Shown here in pieces: positions 1 to 11,033 of a DNA stretch of 33,353 bases. The position numbers and the translations under genes are program-made. Under the pieces are notes generated by a model that worked only from the letters and a program-made list of their open reading frames with translations, was not told the DNA's origin and searched no databases. Source of the stretch: an uncultured Methylococcaceae bacterium (lineage in GTDB: Bacteria; Pseudomonadota; Gammaproteobacteria; Methylococcales; Methylomonadaceae); the NCBI GenBank assembly GCA_903873045.1, contig CAIQND010000500.1:1-33353 (forward strand), written 5' to 3'. Position 1 is the stretch's first letter. Each line of letters begins with the position of its first letter.

Positions 1-408
1 GTCAAATATCGACAAGGCTATTTAAGCTCTCAGGCGACCAGCTCCATCAGAGTTAGAATCAGCGATGAGTGTGCATGGCTAAATATCAAAAGTGCGACCG
101 TTGGCACTCACAGGCATGAATATGAATATGAAATCCCGCTGTTGGACGCAAACGAAATCATCAACATGCTTTGCAGGAAGCCAATAATAGAAAAAACCCG
201 CCATTTTGTAACTGATGATGGAAATACATGGGAGATCGATGAGTTTGAAGGCGACAATCAGGGCTTAATAATTGCTGAAATTGAGCTATCCGAAATAGGT
301 AAAACTTTTTCAAAACCACACTGGATAGGTGACGAAGTAACCCACGATTTGCGTTATTACAACAACAATCTTGCCAAACATCCTTACTCGGAATGGATTG
401 ATAGCTAA
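1..408 (+). CDS. CYTH domain protein (triphosphate tunnel metalloenzyme / class IV adenylate cyclase-like), 5'-truncated by window edge
   Basis: Frame 1 is open from base 1: VKYRQGYLS..SIRVRI..AWLNIKS..RHEYEYEIP..IEKTRH..WEIDEFEGDNQGLIIAEIEL..PHWIGDEVT.D.RYYN, which are typical CYTH motifs. The ORF track start at 142 is internal. Confidence 0.9.
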   Translation, partial: VKYRQGYLSSQATSSIRVRISDECAWLNIKSATVGTHRHEYEYEIPLLDANEIINMLCRKPIIEKTRHFVTDDGNTWEIDEFEGDNQGLIIAEIELSEIGKTFSKPHWIGDEVTHDLRYYNNNLAKHPYSEWIDS

Positions 409-459
409 ATATTTCATAGACCTATTGAAAAGATCAGCATTTTGCTCTATATTTGCCGT

Positions 460-1146
460 ATGAAAAAAACAACTTTTGTTGCATTATTACTACTATCACC
501 CCAAAGCTTTGCAGAGAATCTTAATGATTCCCTGCAAAGCATTGAGTCTGAGTGGGCATCTATTTATTACAGTACGCCCAAACAAAAACAGGGGTCAGCC
601 TATTGCCAATTACTGGACAAAACGATTCATCTTTCCAGACAACATCCCAACAACGCTGAACCTATCATTTGGGAAGCCATTGTTAAAGCAACCAATGCCG
701 ACCATCAAGATGCTGTCTCTGCACTTGAATCCATTCATGACGCGCGTGATTTATTACTCAAAGCAATTGAAATTAATCCGCAAGCCATGGACGGCTCAGC
801 TTATGTTACCTTAGGCACGCTCTATTATATGGCACCCAAGTGGCCTATCGCATTTGGTGATGAGGAAACAGCGCAAAAAATGTTACAAACTGCATTAAAA
901 ATTAATCCAAACGGCATCGAAAGTAATTATTTCTATGGCGACTTTTTATTATCCAATAATAACTTTAATGAAGCTGAAAAATACTTCAAACGCGCACTAG
1001 CCATTCCTGCTCGCGCTGAACAATTTTATGCTGACAATCAACTTAAAGAACAAGCAAGGATAGCTCTAAAAAACACCCATGAAAGTCAAATCAGCGCTAC
1101 AAAAGGCTTATTTGCATCTGTATTTAAAACAGATAGTACAGAATAA
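460..1146 (+). CDS. Exported tetratricopeptide-repeat (TPR) protein, function unknown
   Basis: ATG at 460 gives a Sec-type signal peptide MKKTTFVALLLLSPQSFA. TPR-like helices: LLKAIEINP, AYVTLGTLY, LQTALKINP, YFYGDFL..EAEKYFKRAL. Confidence 0.8.
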   Translation: MKKTTFVALLLLSPQSFAENLNDSLQSIESEWASIYYSTPKQKQGSAYCQLLDKTIHLSRQHPNNAEPIIWEAIVKATNADHQDAVSALESIHDARDLLLKAIEINPQAMDGSAYVTLGTLYYMAPKWPIAFGDEETAQKMLQTALKINPNGIESNYFYGDFLLSNNNFNEAEKYFKRALAIPARAEQFYADNQLKEQARIALKNTHESQISATKGLFASVFKTDSTE

Positions 1147-1272
1147 AATTAAAAGTTATTCTCGATATTTTGTAATTAAATAACGACTTAATGTTCTATC
1201 AGCTACCCCTTTCTGCTACTATAGCACCCTAAAACACAAACACTTCCCTTAAACCTTTCTGAGTAATAAATT

Positions 1273-1596
1273 ATGGCTTTTGTAGTCACTGAAAACTGTA
1301 TTAAATGTAGATTTACTGACTGTGTCGATGTATGTCCTGTTGACTGTTTTCATGAAGGACCTAATTTTTTAGTTATTGATCCAGATGAGTGTATTGATTG
1401 CACATTGTGTGAGCCAGAGTGCCCTGCCAACGCAATTTTTGCAGAAGATGAATTGCCTGAAGGGCAAGAAATATTTATCAGTTTGAATGCAGAATTAGCC
1501 AAGGAATGGCCAGTAATAACTGAAGTAAAATCTCCACTACCTGATGCTGATGATTGGAATGGTAAAGCAGATAAATTAAAACTGTTGGAAAAATAA
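1273..1596 (+). CDS. fdxA: 7Fe ferredoxin ([3Fe-4S]+[4Fe-4S], Azotobacter FdI type)
   Basis: [50 protein letters not shown]; 107 aa with acidic C-terminal extension. Confidence 0.95.
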   Translation: MAFVVTENCIKCRFTDCVDVCPVDCFHEGPNFLVIDPDECIDCTLCEPECPANAIFAEDELPEGQEIFISLNAELAKEWPVITEVKSPLPDADDWNGKADKLKLLEK

Positions 1597-1641
1597 TAAA
1601 ACACTACCTATAAAATAAAAAATATAGGTACGTTTTTAAAG

Positions 1642-1678
1642 ACATAAAAAAAGCCGGTTTAACCGGCTTTTTTTATGT
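1642..1678. terminator. Bidirectional intrinsic terminator between fdxA and rplQ
   Basis: Perfect inverted repeat ACATAAAAAAAGCCGGTT-T-AACCGGCTTTTTTTATGT with A7/T7 flanks, between convergent genes. Confidence 0.92.
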
Positions 1679-1693
1679 GAATAATAAAGATTA

Positions 1694-2056
1694 TTATTCG
1701 GGTCTATCAACTAATTCGACATAAGCCATCGGTGCGTCATCACCAGGTCTAAATCCGCATTTCATAATACGTAAATAGCCACCGGCTCTGTTTTTATAAC
1801 GCGGACCTAACTCATTAAAAAGTTTGGTCACAACTTCACGATCACGTAATCTGGCAAATGCAAGACGACGCTTAGCAACATTATCTTCTTTTGATAATGT
1901 TATTAAAGGCTCAGCAAAACTTCTTAATTCTTTAGCTTTAGGTAAAGTTGTTTTAATAAGTTCGTGCTTAAATAATGAACTAGCCATGTTACTAAATAGC
2001 GCCTTACGATGGCTGCTATTCATGTTAAACTTTCTACCTGATTTACGATGTCTCAT
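1694..2056 (-). CDS. rplQ: 50S ribosomal protein L17
   Basis: [31 protein letters not shown]; last gene of the alpha operon. Confidence 0.98.
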   Translation of the reverse strand: MRHRKSGRKFNMNSSHRKALFSNMASSLFKHELIKTTLPKAKELRSFAEPLITLSKEDNVAKRRLAFARLRDREVVTKLFNELGPRYKNRAGGYLRIMKCGFRPGDDAPMAYVELVDRPE

Positions 2057-2073
2057 TATAAGAAGACCTAATG

Positions 2074-3090
2074 TTAATGTGTGGATATTGCGTGTGATTG
2101 ATCTGCTAGGTTATCAGGCGGCCAATTTTCCAATCGCATACCCAGTGATAGACCTTTTAAAGCAAGTATATCTTTTATTTCTGTTAAAGATTTTTTTCCG
2201 AGATTAGGTGTTTTTAACAGCTCAACTTCAGTCCGCTGAATTAAGTCACCAATATAAAAAATATTCTCGGCTTTTAAACAATTAGCAGAACGTACAGTTA
2301 ACTCAAGATCATCAACAGGACGTAGTAAAACCGGATCGAATACCTCAACAACTTCTTCTTCTTCTTCTGGAACCAGATCATTAACCTTTTCAAAGTCAAC
2401 AAAAACCGATAACTGATCATGAAGTATGGTAGCAGCCATTTTAATGGTTTGCTCTGGATCAACAGTTCCGTTTGTTTCCAGCTCAATAACAAGCTTGTCT
2501 AAATTAGTTCGCTGCTCAACGCGAGTACTTTCAACCTGGTAAGCTACTTTTACAATTGGACTATATGAAGCATCTAATTGAAGCGCACCAACAACTAAAC
2601 TGTGTTCAGAATTTAATTTACGAACGCTAACCGGTTCGTAACCTCTTCCGCGACGCACCCTGATTTTCATATTCAGTACGCCAGCTTGAGTCAAGTTGGC
2701 GATAACCAAATCAGGATTTATAATTTCAACATCGTGAGGCAAACTGATATCACCTGCAGTTACACAACCTGCGCCATTTTTAGATAGCGTAAGCTCAACT
2801 TCATCTTTTGAATGAAGGACTACGGCTAACTTTTTTAGGTTCAGTAAAATATCAATTACATCTTCCTGAACACCCTCAATTGTTGTGTACTCATGGAGTA
2901 CACCTTCAATTTCTACATCCGTGACTGCACAGCCTGGAATTGTGGATAACAATACGCGTCTTAACGCATTACCAAGCGAATGACCAAAACCACGTTCAAG
3001 CGGCTCAATAACAATCCTCGAATGATTGGGTGATTTACTGACCACCTCAACTAATCGAGGCTTTAATAAGCCAGAAATAGAATTCTGCAT
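2074..3090 (-). CDS. rpoA: RNA polymerase alpha subunit
   Basis: [21 protein letters not shown]; CTD motif [23 protein letters not shown]. Confidence 0.99.
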   Translation of the reverse strand: MQNSISGLLKPRLVEVVSKSPNHSRIVIEPLERGFGHSLGNALRRVLLSTIPGCAVTDVEIEGVLHEYTTIEGVQEDVIDILLNLKKLAVVLHSKDEVELTLSKNGAGCVTAGDISLPHDVEIINPDLVIANLTQAGVLNMKIRVRRGRGYEPVSVRKLNSEHSLVVGALQLDASYSPIVKVAYQVESTRVEQRTNLDKLVIELETNGTVDPEQTIKMAATILHDQLSVFVDFEKVNDLVPEEEEEVVEVFDPVLLRPVDDLELTVRSANCLKAENIFYIGDLIQRTEVELLKTPNLGKKSLTEIKDILALKGLSLGMRLENWPPDNLADQSHAISTH

Positions 3091-3111
3091 TTATATCCCT
3101 CAGAACTGCAA

Positions 3112-3732
3112 TTATTTAGAGTAAAGCTCAACTACCAGCTGCTCGTTAATGTCACTACCTAAATCAACTCGATCAGGTAGAGAGCTGAATGTTCCGGTCA
3201 TGGCTTTTGAATTGACTTCAACCCAGGCAGGAAATCCATATTGCTCAGTTACAGTTAAAGCATCAACGATTCTTTGTTGTTTTTTTGCTTTTTCTCTAAT
3301 TGTCAAAACATCACCAGGAGCTACCTGATAAGAAGGAACATTAATCAATGAACCATTTACTTGAATAGACTTGTGACTAACTAATTGGCGTGCTTCTGCA
3401 CGAGTACAAGCAAAACCCATGCGATAGACTACGTTATCTAATCTTGACTCAAGCAGGTTTAACAGGTTTTCGCCAGTAGCCCCTTTCTTCATGTCAGCAG
3501 ATTTATAGTAATTTCTAAATTGCTTTTCTAAAATACCATAAATTCTACGTAGACGCTGCTTTGCTCTCAACTGGAGAGCATAATCAGAACTTCTGGTACG
3601 CTTGGTACCATGCTGACCAGGTCTTTGATCTAATTTACATTTATTTTCTAAGGATTTTCCTCTGCTTTTTAAAAACAGATCAGTCCCTTCTCTTCGACTT
3701 AATTTACAGGTAGGTCCAAGATATCTTGCCAT
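3112..3732 (-). CDS. rpsD: 30S ribosomal protein S4
   Basis: [15 protein letters not shown]; [14 protein letters not shown]; ARQLVSH; VELYSK. Confidence 0.99.
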   Translation of the reverse strand: MARYLGPTCKLSRREGTDLFLKSRGKSLENKCKLDQRPGQHGTKRTRSSDYALQLRAKQRLRRIYGILEKQFRNYYKSADMKKGATGENLLNLLESRLDNVVYRMGFACTRAEARQLVSHKSIQVNGSLINVPSYQVAPGDVLTIREKAKKQQRIVDALTVTEQYGFPAWVEVNSKAMTGTFSSLPDRVDLGSDINEQLVVELYSK

Positions 3733-3750
3733 GTTACAACTCCAGATTCT

Positions 3751-4137
3751 TTATACGCGGCGTTTCTTTGGCGGACGGCAACCATTATGAGGAATGGGCG
3801 TCACATCAACAATATTATTAATTTTAAAACCGAGATTGTTCAATGAACGCACAGCGGATTCACGACCAGGACCGGGGCCTTTGATCATAACATCAAGATT
3901 TTTCATGCCAAATTCTTGCGCGACAATACCCGCTTTTTCAGCAGCAACCTGTGCAGCAAACGGCGTACTTTTTCTTGATCCACGAAAACCTGAACCACCA
4001 GAAGTTGCCCAAGATAACGCATTACCTTTTCTATCTGTTATAGTTATGATTGTGTTATTGAAAGAAGCGTGGACATGTACGATGCCATCAGCAACTTCTT
4101 TTTTGATACGTTTTCTTGAACGGTTTGGACTAGCCAT
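3751..4137 (-). CDS. rpsK: 30S ribosomal protein S11
   Basis: HASFNNTI; [14 protein letters not shown]; [13 protein letters not shown]. Confidence 0.99.
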   Translation of the reverse strand: MASPNRSRKRIKKEVADGIVHVHASFNNTIITITDRKGNALSWATSGGSGFRGSRKSTPFAAQVAAEKAGIVAQEFGMKNLDVMIKGPGPGRESAVRSLNNLGFKINNIVDVTPIPHNGCRPPKKRRV

Positions 4138-4161
4138 TACTTCAACCTCTTAAGGGATATC

Positions 4162-4518
4162 TTATTTTCTAATAGGTTTACGTGGACCTTTACGAGTACG
4201 AGCGTTTGTTCTCGTTCTCTGTCCTCTTAATGGTAAACCTCGGCGATGCCTTATTCCGCGATAGCAACCTAGATCCATCAAACGCTTGATATTCATAGAA
4301 ACTTCACGACGCAGATCACCTTCCACTGTCATCTTCGAAACCACATTACGAATAGCTTCTAATTGCTCTTCAGTCAGTTCTTTAATTTTTACGGAAGGTA
4401 GAATATCCACCTTAACGCAAATTTCACTTGCAGTTTGACGACCAACTCCATAAATGGCAGTTAAAGCTATGACTGCATGCTTATGGTCTGGTATATTTAT
4501 CCCGGCAATACGTGCCAT
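4162..4518 (-). CDS. rpsM: 30S ribosomal protein S13
   Basis: [10 protein letters not shown]; [26 protein letters not shown]. Confidence 0.99.
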   Translation of the reverse strand: MARIAGINIPDHKHAVIALTAIYGVGRQTASEICVKVDILPSVKIKELTEEQLEAIRNVVSKMTVEGDLRREVSMNIKRLMDLGCYRGIRHRRGLPLRGQRTRTNARTRKGPRKPIRK

Positions 4519-4559
4519 CTAGTTACTCCCCTGAGTAATACTCTAAAGTTAAGCGGTGA

Positions 4560-4588
4560 ATTATAGCATTGCTATAATTCAGGCGCAA
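4560..4588 (-). promoter_or_regulatory. Sigma70 promoter of the alpha operon (P-alpha)
   Basis: Minus strand TTGCGC (4588-4583), 17-bp spacer, TATAAT (4565-4560) with a TGn extended -10, about 40 bp upstream of rpsM. Confidence 0.8.
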
Positions 4589-4594
4589 CAAATT

Positions 4595-4708
4595 TTAGCC
4601 TTGTCGTTGTTTGTGTCTTCCGTCAACACAGATAACTCTAACAACACCATTTCTTTTTACTATTTTACAATTTCTACAAATTGTTTTTACAGAAGCACGA
4701 ACTTTCAC
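4595..4708 (-). CDS. rpmJ: 50S ribosomal protein L36 (zinc-ribbon C+ form); absent from the ORF track
   Basis: Manual translation from GTG at 4708: [37 protein letters not shown] (37 aa). SD AGGAG upstream; lies after secY. Confidence 0.97.
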   Translation of the reverse strand: MKVRASVKTICRNCKIVKRNGVVRVICVDGRHKQRQG

Positions 4709-4738
4709 AGCTAACTCCTAAATGTTCTTGTGCGTTAA

Positions 4739-6061
4739 TTATTTTTTAAGATTGGCTTTTTTCATTAAGCCTTCATATTGTTGAGACATAACATGGGTTT
4801 GCATTTGAGAAATAAAATCCATGACGACTACAACAATAATTAATAAAGATGTTCCACCAAAGTAAAACGGAACATTCCAGTATACGATCAAAAACTCTGG
4901 CAACAAACAAACTAAGGTTATATAGAAAGCACCAATTAAAGTTAACCGAGTCATTACCTTATCAATATACGTGCCCGTCTGCAAACCAGGTCTGATCCCA
5001 GGCAAAAATGCGCCAGACTTCTTTAAGTTTTCAGCTGTTTCTTTGGAATTAAACACCAATGCAGTATAAAAGAAACAAAAGAAAATAATTGCTGCGGCAT
5101 AAAGCATGACGTAAACAGGCTGCCCGGGAGACAACATAGTTGCCACGTCCTGAAGCCATGTAAACCCTTCACTATCTCCAAACCAACCAGCAATGGTAGC
5201 CGGAAACAAGATTATACTTGAGGCGAATATGGGCGGTATTACACCTGCCATATTAAGCTTTAAGGGTAAGAAACTACTTTGCCCGCCATATAACTTGCGA
5301 CCCTGCTGTCTTTTTGGGTAATTAATAAGAATTCTTCTTTGGCCTCTTTCGACAAAAACAACAAGTGCAGTCACAGAAATCGACAATAGAAATAATAGTA
5401 TGATAAATGCCCCGTTCATTTCACCTGTTCTGGCTAACTCTAAAGTTCCACCAATTGCCTTGGGCAACCCGGAAACAATACCGGCAAAAATAATCATTGA
5501 GATACCATTGCCAATTCCGCGCTCGGTGACCTGCTCACCCAACCACATCAGAAAAACAGTGCCTGTAACCAATGTTATAGCGGTGATACTGATAAAGGCG
5601 ACACCAGGATTCAAAACCACAGAAAGACCGCCCGCAGTTTGATTTTGCAATGCCAATGAAATACCAATAGCTTGAAACGTCGCTAATACAACGGTGCCGT
5701 AACGAGTAAACTGAGAAATCTTACGCCTTCCTGATTCACCTTCTTTTTTCATTTGCTCCATTGACGGTATAACAACTGTCATCAACTGCATAATAATAGA
5801 AGCAGAGATATAAGGCATTATACCAAGCGCAAATAGGCTTAATCGCATTAAAGCGCCACCAGAAAACATGTTAAACATGTCGAGTATGGATCCACTTTGC
5901 TGCTCAAACATAACCGCAAGCGCTTTTGGATCTATACCGGGAACTGGAATATGCGAACCGATTCTATAAACGAACAGGGCACCCAGAACAAATAGCAATC
6001 TTGCTTTAAGTTCTGAAAAACCACCAGATTTGTTAGCCATTTGAGCTTTTGAAGTCGTCAC
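4739..6061 (-). CDS. secY: Protein translocase subunit SecY
   Basis: [10 protein letters not shown]; [12 protein letters not shown]; [16 protein letters not shown]; [12 protein letters not shown] start directly after the rplO stop. Confidence 0.98.
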   Translation of the reverse strand: MTTSKAQMANKSGGFSELKARLLFVLGALFVYRIGSHIPVPGIDPKALAVMFEQQSGSILDMFNMFSGGALMRLSLFALGIMPYISASIIMQLMTVVIPSMEQMKKEGESGRRKISQFTRYGTVVLATFQAIGISLALQNQTAGGLSVVLNPGVAFISITAITLVTGTVFLMWLGEQVTERGIGNGISMIIFAGIVSGLPKAIGGTLELARTGEMNGAFIILLFLLSISVTALVVFVERGQRRILINYPKRQQGRKLYGGQSSFLPLKLNMAGVIPPIFASSIILFPATIAGWFGDSEGFTWLQDVATMLSPGQPVYVMLYAAAIIFFCFFYTALVFNSKETAENLKKSGAFLPGIRPGLQTGTYIDKVMTRLTLIGAFYITLVCLLPEFLIVYWNVPFYFGGTSLLIIVVVVMDFISQMQTHVMSQQYEGLMKKANLKK

Positions 6062-6496
6062 TTAAACCTCTACTTTGCCGCCAGCAGCTTCAATAGATTG
6101 TCTAGCACCAGGTGTTACTTTTATTCCCTTAATATTTACAGCCTTGTTTACAACACCTGACTGGATAACTTTTGCTTTTTTAGTAAATGAAGGAACGATG
6201 TTAGCCGCGATTAAGACTTTCAGGTCTATCACGTCAGCAACCAAACCATTCAATTCACCCAACCTAACTTCAGCCGAGTACTTACTGGTTTGTGATTTAA
6301 AGCCAATTTTTGGCAATCTGCGCTGCAAAGGCATCTGTCCGCCTTCGAAACCAACTTTATGAAAACCACCACTTCGTGATTTTTGGCCTTTATGTCCTCT
6401 ACCGCAAGTCTTACCGAGGGTACAACCAATTCCTCGACCAACACGCTTACGTTTTTTGCGAGCGCCGATACTTGCCTGGATGGTATTTAAATACAT
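6062..6496 (-). CDS. rplO: 50S ribosomal protein L15
   Basis: [23 protein letters not shown]; [15 protein letters not shown]. Confidence 0.99.
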   Translation of the reverse strand: MYLNTIQASIGARKKRKRVGRGIGCTLGKTCGRGHKGQKSRSGGFHKVGFEGGQMPLQRRLPKIGFKSQTSKYSAEVRLGELNGLVADVIDLKVLIAANIVPSFTKKAKVIQSGVVNKAVNIKGIKVTPGARQSIEAAGGKVEV

Positions 6497-6681
6497 TACA
6501 CTTCCTCGACTTTTAGCATGTATGATACTTTATTAATCATACCTCTGTTTTCGGGTGTATTTAGCACCTCAACTGTTTGGTTTATCTTGCGCAAGCCCAA
6601 ACCTATTAAACAAGCTTGATGACGTGGTAAACGTCCAAACTTGCTTTTTGTCATTGTCACACTTAATTTAGTACCAGCCAT
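6496..6681 (-). CDS. rpmD: 50S ribosomal protein L30
   Basis: [20 protein letters not shown]; TAATG overlap with rplO. Confidence 0.97.
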   Translation of the reverse strand: MAGTKLSVTMTKSKFGRLPRHQACLIGLGLRKINQTVEVLNTPENRGMINKVSYMLKVEEV

Positions 6682-6686
6682 TGCAA

Positions 6687-7193
6687 CTATCCAATAATCT
6701 GTTCAACTGATAAGCCACGTTTTGCAGCTATCTGGTTAGCATTATGCATTCCGGTCAGACCGTTAATTGTTGCTCTTACAACATTTATCGGATTACTGGT
6801 TCCTATACATTTTGCCAATACGTTATGCACTCCAACCACTTCAAATACAGCTCTCATTGCTCCACCAGCAATAATACCTGTACCTTCAGATGCTGGCTGC
6901 ATGTAAACTTTAGCGGCACCCGTAGTATTCATAATGGGGTACTGTAAAGTATCGCCTTTAAGAGATACTTTACGCATATTTTTGCGAGCTTGTTCCAGTG
7001 ATTTTTGAATCGCTATGGGCACTTCGCGAGCTTTACTGACACCATAGCCAACTCGACCCTCACCATCACCAACAACCGTCAATGCAGTGAAACCAAAAAC
7101 TCTACCGCCTTTAACAACTTTTGCAACGCGTCTTACATTAACCAACTTTTCTTGCAAACCGTCAGTACTAACTTGAGCAGGTGCTGTAGCCAT
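6687..7193 (-). CDS. rpsE: 30S ribosomal protein S5
   Basis: [22 protein letters not shown]; [12 protein letters not shown]. Confidence 0.99.
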   Translation of the reverse strand: MATAPAQVSTDGLQEKLVNVRRVAKVVKGGRVFGFTALTVVGDGEGRVGYGVSKAREVPIAIQKSLEQARKNMRKVSLKGDTLQYPIMNTTGAAKVYMQPASEGTGIIAGGAMRAVFEVVGVHNVLAKCIGTSNPINVVRATINGLTGMHNANQIAAKRGLSVEQIIG

Positions 7194-7202
7194 TTTATTC
7201 TC

Positions 7203-7556
7203 CTAAAATTTCAAACCGGCTTCACGTGCAGCATCTGCCAATGCTTTAACGCGACCATGGTATTTAAATCCTGACCGATCAAAAGCAACTTCAGTTACTC
7301 CTGCAGCGATAGCCTTTTGAGCAATAATCTTTCCTACTTCAGCGGCAGCAATTATATTACCGGTATTTTTTAAAGATACTTTAATTTCTGCTTGCGTAGT
7401 TGATGCACTAGCTAGTGTAATAAAACCATCATCACTAATAACCTGAGCATATATGTGCTGCGAAGTTTTGTGAATTGACAAGCGGGTTGCGCCTTGGTTT
7501 TTAATTTTTGAACGCAATTTTAATGCGCGCTTCATTCGAGATTTTTTCTTATCCAT
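7203..7556 (-). CDS. rplR: 50S ribosomal protein L18
   Basis: HIYAQVI; [29 protein letters not shown] at 7556 preferred over GTG at 7559. Confidence 0.97.
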   Translation of the reverse strand: MDKKKSRMKRALKLRSKIKNQGATRLSIHKTSQHIYAQVISDDGFITLASASTTQAEIKVSLKNTGNIIAAAEVGKIIAQKAIAAGVTEVAFDRSGFKYHGRVKALADAAREAGLKF

Positions 7557-7564
7557 CACGCTAC

Positions 7565-8098
7565 CTACTTCTTCTTGGCTTCTTTTCTTACAACATGCTC
7601 GTCAGAGTATCTGACACCCTTTCCCTTATAAGGCTCAGGTGGGCGATAAGCTCGTATTTTAGCAGATACTTCACCTACCAACTGCTTATCACTTCCTCTA
7701 ACTATAATTTCAGTTTGAGTGGGTGTTTCAACCGTAATGCCGACTGGAACCTCAAAATCAACCGGGTGAGAAAATCCGAGTGACAGACTAAGAATATTTT
7801 CTTTTGCCGCCGCTCTATATCCTACACCAATCAATGTTAATTTTTTCTCGAATCCAGCAGAGACACCTGTAACCATATTGCTTAGGATCGCTCTAGCTGT
7901 TCCAGCTTGAGCAGTTGCTTTTTTATTATCCTTATCCCATTGAACATGTATTACGTTATCAGTAATATCAATATCGACTGCGGAATTAAGTACATGAGAT
8001 AACTCACCCTTAACTCCTTTTACAATCATGACATTACCATCTAATCTTATTTCTACATCACTTGGGATAGTGACTGGGGCTTTAGCAATTCTTGACAT
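7565..8098 (-). CDS. rplF: 50S ribosomal protein L6
   Basis: MSRIAKAP; GVGYRA; [13 protein letters not shown]. Confidence 0.99.
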   Translation of the reverse strand: MSRIAKAPVTIPSDVEIRLDGNVMIVKGVKGELSHVLNSAVDIDITDNVIHVQWDKDNKKATAQAGTARAILSNMVTGVSAGFEKKLTLIGVGYRAAAKENILSLSLGFSHPVDFEVPVGITVETPTQTEIIVRGSDKQLVGEVSAKIRAYRPPEPYKGKGVRYSDEHVVRKEAKKK

Positions 8099-8110
8099 AA
8101 CACACCTACA

Positions 8111-8506
8111 TTAACAAACAGTGCAAATAACTTCGCCGCCGTGACCAATAGCACGCGCTGCTCTATCAGTCATAACACCATTTGATGTTGATACAATAGC
8201 AATCCCTAAGCCGCCAAGAACTTTTGGCAATTCGTCTTTAGATTTATAAATACGTAAACCAGGCCTACTAATTCTTTTTATAGCTTCAATTACAGGCGCA
8301 CCTTTATAGTATTTCAACTCAACAGTCATTTCTGTATGACTGCCATTAGTTTCAGTGCTAAAGTCTGTAATATAACCCTCTTCTTTAAGTACCTTAGCAA
8401 TAGATACTTTTAATTTCGAAGAAGGCTGTTTAATGCTTTTTTTACCAGCAGATTGACCGTTTCTAATACGAGTCAGCATATCTGCTACTGGGTCTGTCAT
8501 ACTCAT
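8111..8506 (-). CDS. rpsH: 30S ribosomal protein S8
   Basis: [12 protein letters not shown]; ISRPGLRIY; [12 protein letters not shown]. Confidence 0.99.
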   Translation of the reverse strand: MSMTDPVADMLTRIRNGQSAGKKSIKQPSSKLKVSIAKVLKEEGYITDFSTETNGSHTEMTVELKYYKGAPVIEAIKRISRPGLRIYKSKDELPKVLGGLGIAIVSTSNGVMTDRAARAIGHGGEVICTVC

Positions 8507-8537
8507 TTTCTTATCTCCAAACTTGATCTAACAGATC

Positions 8538-8843
8538 TTACCAACTTGCTTTGACTACGCCAGGAACATCACCGCGCATAGTAGCTTCTCTTAATTTATT
8601 TCTACTAAGACCAAACTTACGGTAATACCCATGAGGACGTCCAGTTAAATTACAACGGTTACGGACTCTTGATGCACTTGAGTCCCTTGGTAATTTTTGG
8701 AGTTGTAAATGAGCAGACTCTTTATCTTCATAAGAAGCGTTCGGATCTCTGATTGTTTCTTTCAGAGCCTTACGCTTAACATCAAATTTTTTCACTAATT
8801 TTTTACGCTTATCTTCACGCGCAATCATTGACTTTTTTGCCAT
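8538..8843 (-). CDS. rpsN: 30S ribosomal protein S14 (101-aa zinc-free C- form)
   Basis: [10 protein letters not shown]; [19 protein letters not shown]; PGVVKASW. Confidence 0.98.
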   Translation of the reverse strand: MAKKSMIAREDKRKKLVKKFDVKRKALKETIRDPNASYEDKESAHLQLQKLPRDSSASRVRNRCNLTGRPHGYYRKFGLSRNKLREATMRGDVPGVVKASW

Positions 8844-8857
8844 GTTAAAACTGCCCC

Positions 8858-9397
8858 TTAGCTCTTAAATGGAAAATTAAACAGCTTTAACAAAGCCAAA
8901 CCTTCTTCATTGGTCTGGGCTGTAGTTGTAATTGTAATGTCCATTCCACGCAATATGTCGATTTTATCATAATCAATTTCTGGAAATATGATTTGCTCTT
9001 TAACACCCATGGAATAATTACCACGACCATCGAAGCTTTTAGGACTTAATCCTCTAAAATCTCGAATTCTGGGAATGGAAATACTAATTAATCGATCTAA
9101 AAATTCGTACATTCTATCGCTGCGCAGAGTTACTTTGCAACCGATAGGCATATCATCACGAATTTTGAAACCGGCAATTGATTTTCTTGCCAACGTAACA
9201 ACGGGCTTTTGACCGGAAATTTTTTCCATGTCAGAAAGTGCAGATTGCAGAACTTTCTTATCAGCTACTGCACCACCAACACCCATATTGAGTGTAATTT
9301 TTGTGATGCGCGGAGCCTGCATAATAGATTTATAAGCAAATTGCTCAACTAATGCAGGAAGTATTTTTTCTTTATATACTGTTTCTAATCTAGCCAT
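8858..9397 (-). CDS. rplE: 50S ribosomal protein L5
   Basis: KITLNMGVG; PRIRDFRG; [10 protein letters not shown]; RGMDITITT. Confidence 0.99.
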   Translation of the reverse strand: MARLETVYKEKILPALVEQFAYKSIMQAPRITKITLNMGVGGAVADKKVLQSALSDMEKISGQKPVVTLARKSIAGFKIRDDMPIGCKVTLRSDRMYEFLDRLISISIPRIRDFRGLSPKSFDGRGNYSMGVKEQIIFPEIDYDKIDILRGMDITITTTAQTNEEGLALLKLFNFPFKS

Positions 9398-9411
9398 GAT
9401 TCATCTTCACC

Positions 9412-9729
9412 TTACACATCAACAACTTCGTTTGTTGATTTAAAATATCTGACTTTCTTTCCATCTTCTAAAAACCTAAAGCCAACTCTATCTGCTTTCT
9501 TGGTTTCAGGATTATACAATCCTATATTGGAAATATTAATCGGCATATCCTTGACAATTATCCCGCCTGTAATACCTGCATTCGGGTTTGGTTTTTGGTT
9601 CTTTTTAACCTGGTTAATTCCTTCTACCAAAACCTTATTATCTTTTAAAATCTTGGTTACTCTACCACTCTTACCTTTATCTTTTCCGGTACGAACGATA
9701 ACATCATCACCTTTTTTAATTTTTGCCAT
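9412..9729 (-). CDS. rplX: 50S ribosomal protein L24
   Basis: KOW motif [17 protein letters not shown]; KADRVGF. Confidence 0.98.
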   Translation of the reverse strand: MAKIKKGDDVIVRTGKDKGKSGRVTKILKDNKVLVEGINQVKKNQKPNPNAGITGGIIVKDMPINISNIGLYNPETKKADRVGFRFLEDGKKVRYFKSTNEVVDV

Positions 9730-9744
9730 TTCTTTAACCCTACC

Positions 9745-10113
9745 TTATAAAACTTCAGGAGCAAGTGAGATAATTTTCATAAATTTTTCTCCTCTTAACT
9801 CACGCGTTACAGGGCCAAAAATTCGGGTTCCCAGTGGCTGTAAGTTGTTATTAAGAATAACAGCAGCATTGCCATCAAAACGAATAACAGAACCATCTGG
9901 CCTGCGAACACCTTTACGCGTTCTTACGACAAGGGCGTTATAGACCTCACCTTTTTTTACTCTTCCACGCGGTATTGCATCTTTAATACTGACTTTGATG
10001 ATGTCACCAATTCCAGCATAACGACGATGCGACCCGCCTAATACTTTGATACACATGACCCTTTTTGCACCGCTATTATCGGCGACGTCAAGGTTAGTTT
10101 GCATCTGAATCAT
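9745..10113 (-). CDS. rplN: 50S ribosomal protein L14
   Basis: VADNSGAK; [13 protein letters not shown]; [10 protein letters not shown]. Confidence 0.99.
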   Translation of the reverse strand: MIQMQTNLDVADNSGAKRVMCIKVLGGSHRRYAGIGDIIKVSIKDAIPRGRVKKGEVYNALVVRTRKGVRRPDGSVIRFDGNAAVILNNNLQPLGTRIFGPVTRELRGEKFMKIISLAPEVL

Positions 10114-10146
10114 GATTTATTCCTACATTCTGTATTTAAATTTATG

Positions 10147-10410
10147 CTATTTTTTAGCGCTTTCCAAGATTTGAACTAATTTAAAAGTTTTGTTCTTAGA
10201 CAATGGCCTGCATGATGTAATAGCAACCACATCACCTTCCTGACAAGTATTTAGCTCATCATGAGCCATCATTTTAGTTGAACGCTTAATGTATTTACCG
10301 TAAACGGGATGTTTTACAACGCGCTCAACCAAAACCGTGATAGTTTTGTCCATTTTATTGCTCACAACCCGACCAGTGATCGTCCGCAATTTAGTTACAT
10401 TTTCAGTCAT
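10147..10410 (-). CDS. rpsQ: 30S ribosomal protein S17
   Basis: [14 protein letters not shown]; HPVYGK; CRPLSK.K. Confidence 0.98.
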   Translation of the reverse strand: MTENVTKLRTITGRVVSNKMDKTITVLVERVVKHPVYGKYIKRSTKMMAHDELNTCQEGDVVAITSCRPLSKNKTFKLVQILESAKK

Positions 10411-10412
10411 AG

Positions 10413-10604
10413 TTATGCACTCGCCATTTCATTTAATATGGTGTGGATACGTGCCACATCGCGTCTAACCTTTTTTACTTGATCGGGTTTTGACAGCTGA
10501 CCAGTACCTTTTTGCATTTTAAGATTAAAGCGCTCGCGTGATAAATCGAGCAACATAGTTCCTAATTCGTCTTTTGATTTTTGGCGTAATTCACTTGCTT
10601 TCAT
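10413..10604 (-). CDS. rpmC: 50S ribosomal protein L29
   Basis: MKASELR; FNLKMQ..TGQL; VRRDVARI.T. Confidence 0.98.
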   Translation of the reverse strand: MKASELRQKSKDELGTMLLDLSRERFNLKMQKGTGQLSKPDQVKKVRRDVARIHTILNEMASA

Positions 10605-11017
10605 TACATTATTGTCCGAGCGGTAAAGAGTGTTTTTAAAGGTAGCTTAGCAGCCGCTAATGCAAACGCTTCGCGTGCCAGTTCTTCAGAGACACCTTGT
10701 ATTTCATACAACATTGTTCCTGGTCTTACCTGAGCAACCCAGTATTCTACACTACCTTTACCTTTTCCCATACGAACTTCTAAAGGTTTTTTTGTAATTG
10801 GCTTATCCGGGAAGACTCTTATCCATAATTTCCCGCCACGCTTAACATGTCGAGTTATTGTTCTACGAGCCGCTTCAATTTGCCGGGCAGTTAATCTACC
10901 ACGTCCAATTGATTTAAGCCCATACTCACCAAAGCTAACTGATGATCCACGTACAGCAGTACCGTTATTTCTGCCCTTATGTTGCTTACGGAATTTAGTT
11001 CTTTTAGGCTGAAGCAT
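10604..11017 (-). CDS. rplP: 50S ribosomal protein L16
   Basis: [11 protein letters not shown]; WIRVFPDKP; RMGKGKG. Confidence 0.99.
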   Translation of the reverse strand: MLQPKRTKFRKQHKGRNNGTAVRGSSVSFGEYGLKSIGRGRLTARQIEAARRTITRHVKRGGKLWIRVFPDKPITKKPLEVRMGKGKGSVEYWVAQVRPGTMLYEIQGVSEELAREAFALAAAKLPLKTLFTARTIM

Positions 11018-11033
11018 GACTTTGTTCCTTCAT

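Noticed and set aside
4709-4738. Missing adk/map/infA between secY and rpmJ
   Set aside because: This is the normal gammaproteobacterial arrangement.
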